From Intoshia linei (Eukaryota > Animalia > Orthonectida), in contig LWCA01000161.1 of NCBI GenBank assembly GCA_001642005.1, positions 1 to 45,372 on the forward strand: a stretch of 45,372 bases of DNA, read 5' to 3'. The notes below the pieces were generated by a model, which was not told the DNA's origin, ran no database searches, and was given only the letters and a program-made list of their open reading frames with translations. The position numbers and the translations under genes are program-made. Below are positions 36,401-45,372 of the stretch, piece by piece. The first letter of the stretch is position 1, and each line of letters begins with the position of its first letter.

Positions 36401-39400
36401 ACCAAACTTTACCCTAGTGAATTTACTAAGAATGACGACAATTTATTTTGTGTGAAATGTTACTTTTACAAAATTAAGTTTTGTTTAATTACACCGCAAA
36501 TTAGCCAAGCATAAGAGTTGTGTGCATATTGTCAGTATTGGAAGTTCAATTAAAACATCGAATGACTTTGCAACAGAAATGGCGGAAGCATTTCTATCTG
36601 CGGACATACCTCTAAAAAGTTAAATAACGTCAAGTTAAGAACAATATTTAAAAAAAAGGGAATAATTTTGCTATTTGAAAGCAATTGCAGAAATAAAATT
36701 GATGATTTGTATTTGAAGAAAATGGAGAGAATAAAAAATTATTGTATTAATAAATTAATCTATGGATTATGGATGAAATTGATTTAAATAGATATAAGTA
36801 CATTAATACTATGATCGGAACATTAGAAACACCTCAGATTGTAAAAATATTACAAGTAATATGAACGGACAAATGGTCATTTATACTCTTGATGCTACAA
36901 TTAAAAATAATTAAACAAAACAAAACAAATAAATTGTTTTAAAAGATAATATTATAAAATATTTGTTTTTGTACTACAACAAATAATACACTTTTTATAC
37001 ATCTTTATTAAGACTTAAATTAGCGATCGGAAACCTTTTGTATCTAGTGTACCACTTTTTAATTTTTTACAGGTGTATTAGAAATAGTGTATATGACTAA
37101 CGGGGTACTAAATTTAAAAAAGGTTGTGAAACCCTGAATTAGATATTTACGGATATAAGACAACGTTGCTTGTTCTACAACAGAATTAACTAATAATGGC
37201 AATACAATTATGTTTTAAAATTTATATAACGGTGCTACAGATGACAAAACCCCAGAAATATTATTATTAGGGCGAATAAGAGATGTCATCACTGTTCAGA
37301 AAAAAATTTAACGAAAAAAACAACACTACGTGAATTTTTTTTCCAAAAGTTAATAAAGTTCAATAAATTTGATTTGTAAGTTAAATTTTTTTGTTTTTAT
37401 AGGTTTAAAAAAATCGCCCTATGAATAATCAATTATATTAACGTGAAAATGAAACATGCAAAATGTAATTACGACTTGGGATATTCAAGCACATTGTACT
37501 GTGTTTTTAACAGTGTCGTCTGAGTTTTAGAGTTGTACCGCGAGATTATTTTATATTTTTCCGGTAATAACCGATTAATCAGTTAAAATTTTTGAATTTA
37601 AAAATTTATTAATTTAATAAGGCCGCACGCAACTTTCTAAATAAAATTTAATCAAATACAACTGTGAGTGACCAATCACCCCATGGGGTGAATACGGAAA
37701 TTTTAGATGGTTATGGTAAATGATAAATTTTTAGCATATTTTATTCAATTTAGTAAAATTTTATGAAACGTTTACCAACCCTTAAGGAAAAAAATCGCTT
37801 TACCAATATTTTTCTGATAAATTCGGTTTTACAAAAAATTAATATCCTAACTTATATAATATCCTACGCGATTTTTGTTTGTGTAGTCTTAGAATTTTAT
37901 AAAGTCCACATTTCAATTACAGTTTTTTCCGGGACGTATAATAAGATAAATTTCAACCTCCCAAACTCACATCTTACGGGTCAAAAACCCCAATTGTCCC
38001 TTTTTTTGAAAATCAAACGAGTTGGAGAATTTAAAAAAATATATAAGCTGATACGGATTATAAAATCATAAACATCATAAATTTAAATTTAAAAAAATTA
38101 TATGTTCAGGGTCAAAACCACAAATTACTTTTCTTTTTTAATGAAAACAGCCCTAGAATTTCAAAAAATTTATAGGTGTTATAGTTGTATCATGTTAATA
38201 CACACAGAAAATTTCAATTTGAATAAGTGACGACTTTACAGTCAAAAAAGCATTTTAGTATTCATATATTTTTTTTCCGAAATATTTTATTAAAACAAAA
38301 AATTTGAAATAATTCAGTATTCAAAAATTAAAAAAAAAATTATTCGGATAGAGCTTATTCCAGTTGATATAAATACAAAAGTTCAACCCGAGAAATCTTC
38401 GCATTCCCGCTGAAAAATAATGTAAAATATATTATTAACCAATATTTTTAACAAGTAAAAGGTAATATGATATTATGGTTCCACCTGACACAAATTTGGG
38501 GACCACTCCTTTACAGGATTGATAATAGTGAATAGTAGGATTTTTAAATTAGATTTTCAACGTGAATTTATTTTTTAAGTATACTAAAAATGTGCCCTCG
38601 GCAGAGCTAGGTCCTGTTTGTACGTTGTACATAACAGTCAATCTAATATAATATAAAATTCGATTAAAATAAATCGATAAACAAAGTTTATTAAACATTG
38701 AAAATTTTTTAAAAAAAATATGCGGACTGTAGGTTGCCCAATGGGCAATGCCCATCGTTGATATAAATAATGACAAATATAGAAAATAATGACTGTAAAT
38801 ATAAGCATATAAATTTAGACCCCAATAATGGTGAAACGAAAATTTGTTGATAGAAGAGAATTTAGCGTATCACCTGGTGGTGGTTTTGGACCGGTAATTT
38901 TAAAAAATATTTTATAATAAACGAACATTAGTTTAGTGTTTCCCAAATATCAAATCTCTAATCGTGGCCCACGTTTTACGAGAACTTACGAAACTTAAAA
39001 AATCCCCTTTTTTTTGAATCAAACCGTAAAAAATATTTTTTACAAAAGAATTAAAATCAAAAAAGTTGGGAACCACTGAATTTGATAATTTGAATGCAAT
39101 TAAATAGGTATCACATGGTGGATACGGAGTGTCATATATAAACTCAAATAATTATACTCTTTTTTTCCATGTATCTTCCAGAATTAGTTGCACCGAAACA
39201 GTAATTTTACTTACTATACGTTTACTTATAAAGTCGACGCTCTCAAAAGTCAAGATTTTCCAAAAATTTATCACTTTTAGAGCGTCAACTCTACGTATCA
39301 CTATTGTAAATGTGCTAATCAGATTAATATTTTAAAAAATTTACTAAATGTGTACATTGTCCAGTGTACATGCAGTGCCGGACCTTTTCCACGCAAGACC

Positions 39401-40122
39401 TTCTTCGGAGGCCTCGATGAAAGTTTGGTAAAATGTGGCCTCATTTTTCCAAATTTATTATTAAAAAAGTGTAAAAAACACTTTGTTGTGTATTAAATTT
39501 AAAATTTCCAGTCAAGAACATTGTCTATGTGGCTAGGGCTATTTGAACGAACGTATCATTTGTAAAAAAAATGCGGGTCTATATTTTATTTTCGGATGGC
39601 TTAGAGCTTAGTAGATTCGGCTCTGGTACATGTAATCGGAATTAGACATTTTAGTAAACATTATATGAAATGCAGTATTCTCTATGGTTTATTAATTTTG
39701 AGAGTCGTATAATTTTGGATAATATATAAAAAACCCAATTTTTAATATAGTTTTTTGAAAGTAATGTTTTAATTAAATTCTTTCTCTCTAAATTGAGACA
39801 TTCAGGGTCAAAAACCTTAATTACCTTTTTTTAGATTAAAAAACGTGTAGAATTTTAATCTACAAGAATTTATAGTTTACATTAAAATAATGAAAATTAA
39901 ATTTAATTATACAAATTATATAAAATTTAAAGGAGTAGGACCCCTGATTTAGAGGATTGGCAAATTGTGGAGAGAATACCAGTATTATTATTAAAATTAA
40001 TATTATTTTTTATATTGATTGTATGAAAACATAATTTTTAGAATTCAAAAGAATTTGCTCATTTAATTGTTGAGTCGTTGAATGAAATTAAAAATATGTG
40101 TAATGAAATTAAACAAAATTAA
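27490..40122 (+). CDS. CPT1: Carnitine O-palmitoyltransferase 1, 18 exons, 778 aa
   Basis: Exons 27490-27630, 27679-27815, 31752-32049, 34025-34162, 34203-34280, 34317-34424, 34470-34829, 34878-34928, 34962-35069, 35106-35131, 35167-35229, 35263-35347, 35383-35547, 35595-35726, 35765-35962, 38819-38893, 39108-39200 and 40042-40122 sum to 2337 nt, in frame. Motifs: [37 protein letters not shown], catalytic [60 protein letters not shown]. Confidence 0.96.
27937..28048. mobile_element. 112-bp hAT-type MITE in CPT1 intron 2
   Basis: TIRs TAGGGGTGT / ACACCCCTA with 8-bp flanks GTGTCCAC and GTGTACAC (7/8 identical). Confidence 0.75.
28710..29520. repeat. Minisatellite, about 21 units of ~38 bp with higher-order structure
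   Basis: Units resemble TCTTAAAAAGCCCTCCCTTTTAAGGTTTGGTAAATAATATAA and TCTGAAAATTCCCCTTCAAGGGTTTGATTAAAAAAA. They are contiguous, with no unique spacers. Confidence 0.9.
29774..31217. mobile_element. Putative hAT-like element
   Basis: Left CAGGCATTCTCAGCCTTTTTT and right (reverse complement) TAGCGTTTCTCAACCTTTTTTT. Flanks GTGTAGAT / AATTAGAT share TAGAT. Pairing of these two ends is an inference. Confidence 0.45.
32393..33620 (-). repeat. Dispersed repeat copy A (interrupted by pogo element), CPT1 intron 3
   Basis: 32393-32612 plus 33462-33620 is collinear with the reverse complement of 37885-38267. Confidence 0.9.
32613..33459 (+). mobile_element. pogo/Tigger-family element, internally deleted
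   Basis: TIRs CAGTGGTTTCTGTTCAATATGAAT / ATTCATATTGTACAGAAACGACTG with TA on both sides. The relic transposase contains [25 protein letters not shown] (CENP-B-type HTH) and [12 protein letters not shown] (first catalytic Asp motif). Confidence 0.9.
35987..37421 (+). mobile_element. hAT element relic with CGGBP1-like transposase fragments, CPT1 intron 15
   Basis: TIRs TAGGGCGATT / AATCGCCCTA with flanks CTAATAAC / TGAATAAT (partial TSD). Frameshifted peptides from 36357 are [36 protein letters not shown] and [17 protein letters not shown]. Confidence 0.75.
37021..37136. mobile_element. 116-bp hAT-type MITE nested in the larger hAT relic
   Basis: TAGCGATCGGAAACCTTTT ... AAAAGGTTGTGAAACCCTG, with flanks ACTTAAAT / AATTAGAT (6/8 identical). 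Confidence 0.55.
37885..38650 (+). repeat. Dispersed repeat copy B (uninterrupted), CPT1 intron 15
   Basis: Inverted match to 32393-33620. The distal part matches 8700-9060 and 23760-23945. Confidence 0.9.
38934..39078. mobile_element. 145-bp hAT-type MITE in CPT1 intron 16
   Basis: TAGTGTTTCCCAAA ... TTGGGAACCACTG inverted ends, with degenerate 8-bp flanks CATTAGTT / AATTTGAT. Confidence 0.65.
39231..39291. mobile_element. 61-bp hairpin element flanked by TA (Tc1/pogo-type mini-MITE)
   Basis: AAGTCGACGCTCTCAAAAGT ... ACTTTTAGAGCGTCAACTC, with TA at 39229-39230 and 39292-39293. Confidence 0.6.
39373..39625. mobile_element. 253-bp MITE with exact 7-bp flanking direct repeat
   Basis: CAGTGCCGGACCT ... 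AGATTCGGCTCTG with GTACATG on both sides. The same terminus (CAGAGCTGAATCTAC) occurs at 14434 in myosin intron 2. Confidence 0.7.
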
Positions 40123-40692
40123 TTTTAAACGTCTTTAAAGTTGTGATAAATAACTGATATCTGGTATATATTATACAAATATCCTGGTTTTATGGTAAAT
40201 GAGACATTATAATAAATATGATTGACAACTCATGTCCACGGTTTATCTTCGAAATTCTGAACTTAAAATCTGATACTTGTATTTGGCTTACTTTTGAAGT
40301 CTGATATTAAAATGCATTTCATGCCCCTACGCTTAATAATAGATTTCTGATATCCCTTTGAATCCACACAGAATCCAACATTTTCTGGAGATTATGATCA
40401 CATTCAATAATTATAATTATTGAATCATAAATTTCAACCTAGAAAACTCAACTTAAACTCAATATTTTCAAAAATGAAAAAATCTAAGTCATAGGATCCA
40501 AAAAAAATCACAACTAATAGTTACATACACAATTTGTAAAAGGTATGCCAGCAGAGAGAAATGCTAATTTAGGTTTTTGAAATCTATTGGTACATAAAAT
40601 TGCCAATCTCTTGTGTATTCTGACTTAAATTTTTATTTTTCTTTGGACATTTTCTGTGACTACTCACATAATACAATTTTCATGGTTTGCAT

Positions 40693-40981
40693 CAGGGGTC
40701 CACAATAATTTGATGGTCCTTTGAGTAAATATGTAAATTATTTATTGTTAAATTTTTCAACTTTTAAAGACTGTTTTAAATATTTTTTACTATAATTGGC
40801 TCATTATACATTTTAATACTGCATTTTCAGATTGTTCTGGATTTTATTTTTTGAATATACTAGAACCGTTTGTGTTCAGTTAAAACTGAAATATATCATG
40901 TGTACATTTTCAAAAACGGGCTCGGAGAATTTATTGATATAAAAAAGTGACCCACGACATGCAAAAGGTTGCCGACCCCTG
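40693..40981. mobile_element. 289-bp hAT (Charlie-like) MITE
   Basis: CAGGGGTC at the left and AAAAGGTTGCCGACCCCTG at the right. The TSD is not preserved. Confidence 0.6.
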
Positions 40982-42190
40982 ATTTACGGTAATATCAAAT
41001 TACCACATTACCTAAAATTAATTTTAATTTTTTTAAATGATTCATTCTTTCTGTATCATTCCCAGATTCTTAATTTTTGGACTTTGAGATATTAATTATT
41101 TTTTAATTGACGTAATATTCGTATGACGATATTCGTTGTAATTTTCTAATTAATTTGTGAAATTTTGACTTATATTTGTTATATTTATGAAACAGAAAAA
41201 TTATCCTTCAGTCAAAAAAACAATTCAATTTGCAATTTTACATTGGAAATTATTTCATTAGCATCAATGTAAAATAAAAAATATTAACAATAAAAAATGG
41301 TAATAAAAAAATTTTTTTTATTTTTTGGTACTAGAAATAAAAGAAAGATTTTTTGGTTCAATATATTACAATTAATCTACATATATAAAATTAACTTCAA
41401 AATCTACGTATTCCTGGTCAAAATGACTTTTAATGTTACCATTGAGAACTTATCAAAAAATATTTTTTAAATGTTAAATTCAAATCAAATCAAAAATGTA
41501 TAATGATGCTATCTATTTCAAAAAAATGAGTAAAACCATTATCGGTTTGTTTGAAATATGGTGACAAAAATTGTAAGAAACAAATACAACCAACTTATAA
41601 GACCAAAACCAATTGAAAATGAAAACAAAGTACCGCAATTTCATAAATAACATTGATATTTCCATGCTCAGTATAGAATACTGATTTAATTAACATAATA
41701 ACGTATTATTATTAATAAGAATTGTTTATATAATTATAATTGTACTATGAACATAATGTATTTTGTTTATTTATTTATTATGATGACGTCACACACCTTA
41801 TTGATAATCATGTAAATTCAATATTTCATCAAAAATTATCAACAAATATAAATTGTATCAATCAATTCACAAAAGTACGTCAACAAATTTTAGTAATTCT
41901 GTAGCTTAAAAAATCAAACAAGTGACATATTTTGTAGTAAATTAATATGTGTAACTAAATTATACTAACAATGAAATCATTTACTGTTACTGGGTTAAAC
42001 TCCAAACAATTCAAGAAAATTAGATAAAACTTATAAATATCAGACTGATACAATTAACTGATCAATGTAAATTAAAAAATTAAAAAATTTACGCCTATAC
42101 CAACAAAATAATTGTAGTTACTAGTTAACAATATTATATCACTCATTCATGTTTTGAAAGGTGTTTTACAATGAAATTTATGAACGCATA

Positions 42191-44089
42191 ATGAATTCTA
42201 TGATAAAAGTGATAATGAATAAAAATATGGAATATTTTGAAACACTGAAAACTAGCGTTGATGGTTTGTCTCTCTGCTGTGAATATCTAAATAAATATGA
42301 AAATTGTGAAGATTTATTCAATCATTTGACAGTATTGGAATATTATGCTAAACAACATTTGCCTCTACCTCAATTTAACCACCTAAAATGTAGTTTCTTA
42401 GAATTTGTGGTTAGAGACTATGGAAAGATCCAAAAATATGTTAAAAATAAAGTGTCGAAAATTTGTTCGGATATATTTTTTGTCAGACTTCATCCATGGC
42501 CAACATTTTTTGTGGATATTATGAAACTTTGTGCCAACGATGAAGAGTTGATAAATTTTTACCTCAATACCTTACTATATATTAGCGATGAAATTTCTAA
42601 TCCATTATACAATCACGCTTATGTATTTACATGGAATATTAAAAATATTAAAGATAAAATTCGGAACGATTCGGCGGACGATATAATTTCAAGTTTATTT
42701 TTTATAATAAAAAAGTACTATAAAGAAGCTAAAAATAATAACGTTATTGAATCATTTAAACTAATCGGTTCTTTTTCTCAATGGATAAGTTTAATAACTA
42801 TTATGACGGATGAATTTATGGAGATTGTTACAGCTTGCTTAATTGAAAATGTCGATAATTCTATAATTGAATCTTGCATAGATTGTTGGATTGATATTTT
42901 GACTAAAAAAATTTGTCTCAACGAAAAATGTCAAGTATATAAGTATATGGGTGATGTAATGAATAAAAGAATGGAGGTTTTTGGTCAAATTTACAAGAGC
43001 AGTAATATTTGCGACATTGAGCCTTTTAGTAAATTATTTAATAAGGCTATTGAAGTAGCTACCAACTGCATCTTGACAGAAAAAAAAAATTCAGAATCAA
43101 ATGGTGAAATATTGGTTTACTTGGAATCTTACGTGTCTCAAACCATTCAATTATTTAACATATCTGATTATTCTCATTTGGCTACTAGTGGTATTTTAAA
43201 ATATGTACAGTTTTTAAAAAAATTTAAATATCCCAAAGAATTGGAACCCAAAATTATTCAAATTTTTGAAAATTGCTTGTGTTTACTTACTGCAAAATCA
43301 TATAAAGATCTTGATGAGGAAGAAATCTGTGAAAGAAAAAATCATTGTTTAATTATTGTTAATTGTGCTTCTCTTATACCTTGTTACATTTTGAAAAAGT
43401 TAACCGTCGAATCAGACATATTTCTTACTAATGACAAATCTTATGAAACCTTTCTTTATTTACTCAATAATATACAAGACATGTATTCAAAATTTTTTAA
43501 AAAACACCCAAAAGAGGGCGAAAGTCAGTTTATCATTCTTTTGAATAATTTTGATAGTATTAAAACCTCTTTTCTTTCTATAAAATATTTTCAAGTTATC
43601 AACAAATATGACATTTTCGTTAATCCTGATAATGTTATTATTGTTTTAAAATATTATCTTTCTGAATTTGGAATATTTTCATCGGACTTTCAAAATTCTA
43701 TTACTTTGATGGAATTGTTTTCCAAATTTATGAAAAACAATATCATTCATATTAAGGAAGAATGTATTAATGACATCCTTAGCGCTTTAATGAGTATTTT
43801 AACTATTCCTGGAGACATTAGTGACAGTGATTATGGCAAAAAATTATCCAATGTCTATTCATGTTCTTCCTATCTAATTTTGAAATCTCAAATGGAAATT
43901 CAGGTATTTTTTTTATTCATTTTTGCTAATTTATATATAACTTTTATTTTTTATTTAGAATAAAAAAGCCTACTTTTCTGGCCTTATTCAAACCCTAGAA
44001 AATTTGTATGCTGAAATTACAACAAAGTTAAACGAATCTAACGAAATTACGTTTGATTTAGTTAAACAGTTTAACAACGTTTCAAGTTG
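42191..44089 (+). CDS. XPOT: Exportin-T (tRNA exportin), divergent, 5' part
   Basis: YVKNKVSKICSDIF..WPTFFVDIM..INFYLNTLLYISDEI..IKDKIRND..LIGSFSQWISL parallels the exportin-T Xpo1 domain (FIRNKAAQVF..WPKFFFDIL..LYLRILMAIDSEL..IKDTMREQ..VVGAYVSWIDL). Exon to 43903, intron 43904-43958, next exon 43959 to about 44089. The gene probably continues past the window and the start codon is uncertain. Confidence 0.75.
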
Positions 44090-44887
44090 GTTATGGTAAT
44101 ATATTGTATTTATATACTCCCTCGCAATAATTCGAAACTAATAATTATTGATAAGTGTCTGAATTTTGTATGTATTTATCAGCGAAGCAAGATCTATCGT
44201 AGGTTAAAAAATAAAACATGGGCCGAATTAATGCGTAGAAATTTACCTTTTTCATTTATATGTATATATAAAAGTCTCAACAATTTTGCAAAACAATAAA
44301 TATAATTATTTATTGATATATTAAATATATTCTATTCTATTCATCTATCAAACTTTTATTATTCATCATAACCTGTACATTTTTAAATTAATTGATTTAT
44401 GTAGCCTTATAATCATGTCTTTTTTCTTTAAAATTATTTCCTGGACAATATGATATATTTTCTGCTATACATGCATTTTCGAATTAAATTATGAACCATC
44501 ATATAGCTGATTCTTCATTATTGACCATAGATTTTCTATTGGGGATATATCAGGAGAATAAGGAGGCCAACCTAATAATTTTATTGATTGAGCAGCAAAC
44601 TTTCCCTTGTTTTTTTAATCACATGAGAACTAGCATTATATTGTTGAAAGACAAAGCCAGGAACTGTTACTTATATTATAGAATTATGTTATATGTTGTG
44701 TAAATACATACTGTCAATTTATTAGGCAGATCTAAAAAATTAAAAAATTCGTTCCAAAGAGTGGACTAAATTCTTAAATTTTTTTTGGAGTGTGCACAAT
44801 AGTTAACGACAATATTTAAAATGCAAACAAAAAAAATCTAATACAATTAAAATTAAAATAATTGAATATATAGAAATATTAGTTAAT

Positions 44888-45345
44888 ACAAGTGTGTCAA
44901 AATATTAGGAAAATGTAATGAACATAGGTGAATGAAGTGGAATTTATCATTAAAAATTAGTTATAATATTTAATATAGTTGCCATGAACTTGTAACACCT
45001 TAATGAGCCTAGCATCGACAGATTCGGTCAACCTCTTGACATGTTCTGGTATAATTGATTTAGACACTTCTTTAATAGCATTCCAAAGGTCATCCAGGGA
45101 GTTATGCTGAGTCCTAACCGAATATAATTTTCTATTGGATTTAAATCGGGACTGTTAGGGGGCCACAATTCATCATTTTTTTCTCCACTAATGCAATTTT
45201 CTGAAAGAAATGTTCTAGTAAATAACGATGTATGTGAAGGTGCATTGTCAAGCATAAATATGCACTTATTTCTAAAAATTTCGTCTTCGAATTTATCCAT
45301 GGACAGTAATATTCCTCCAGAAATTCCGTGTAACTAAACATAAAA
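44888..45345 (-). mobile_element. Tc1-superfamily (TRT/DD37E-like) transposase relic
   Basis: YTEFLEEYYCPW, a frameshift, then IFMLDNAPSHTSLFTRTFLSENCISGEKNDELWPPNSPDLNPIEN (38 residues D-to-E in this copy). A possible terminus TACAAGTGTGTCAAAATATTAGG lies near 44887. Confidence 0.75.
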
Positions 45346-45372
45346 ATTGAAACATGCTAAAATAATAAGTAT

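Noticed and set aside
37763-38776. ORFs 37763-38071 and 38549-38776 (also 8214-8554 and 32517-32756)
   Set aside because: They lie within copies of the dispersed non-coding repeat and have low-complexity AT-driven composition.
40170-41150. Possible small minus-strand gene between CPT1 and exportin-T
   Set aside because: Some exon-like stretches exist, but I could not build a consistent spliced frame or recognise a family.

Overview
This is AT-rich eukaryotic (animal) genomic DNA, not prokaryotic. Genes are split by very short GT-AG introns (mostly 30-50 bp) plus a few long introns packed with DNA-transposon debris. This architecture fits a genome-reduced invertebrate such as an orthonectid, which is inference only. 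Spliced genes reconstructed by hand: a complete non-muscle myosin II heavy chain (minus, 7528-16668, 6 exons, 2035 aa, one 5.1-kb exon) and a complete carnitine palmitoyltransferase 1 (plus, 27490-40122, 18 exons, 778 aa). Also present: a FAM227-family gene (minus, about 20.9-26.7 kb), the 5' part of exportin-T, a FAM184-like coiled-coil gene, a disrupted VPS10/sortilin-like receptor and three unidentified spliced genes. Mobile DNA includes a nearly intact intron-containing Tc1 (DD34E), a TRT-like Tc1 relic, a pogo/Tigger relic with an empty-site paralog in the same gene, a CGGBP1-like hAT relic, several tiny MITEs with target-site duplications, a Transib-like end resembling a 12-RSS, and a ~38-bp satellite with an 11-unit higher-order repeat. 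I found no evidence for a wholly new multi-gene system. The most interesting signals are architectural, especially inverted repeat copies bracketing an in-frame 12-exon block of CPT1.
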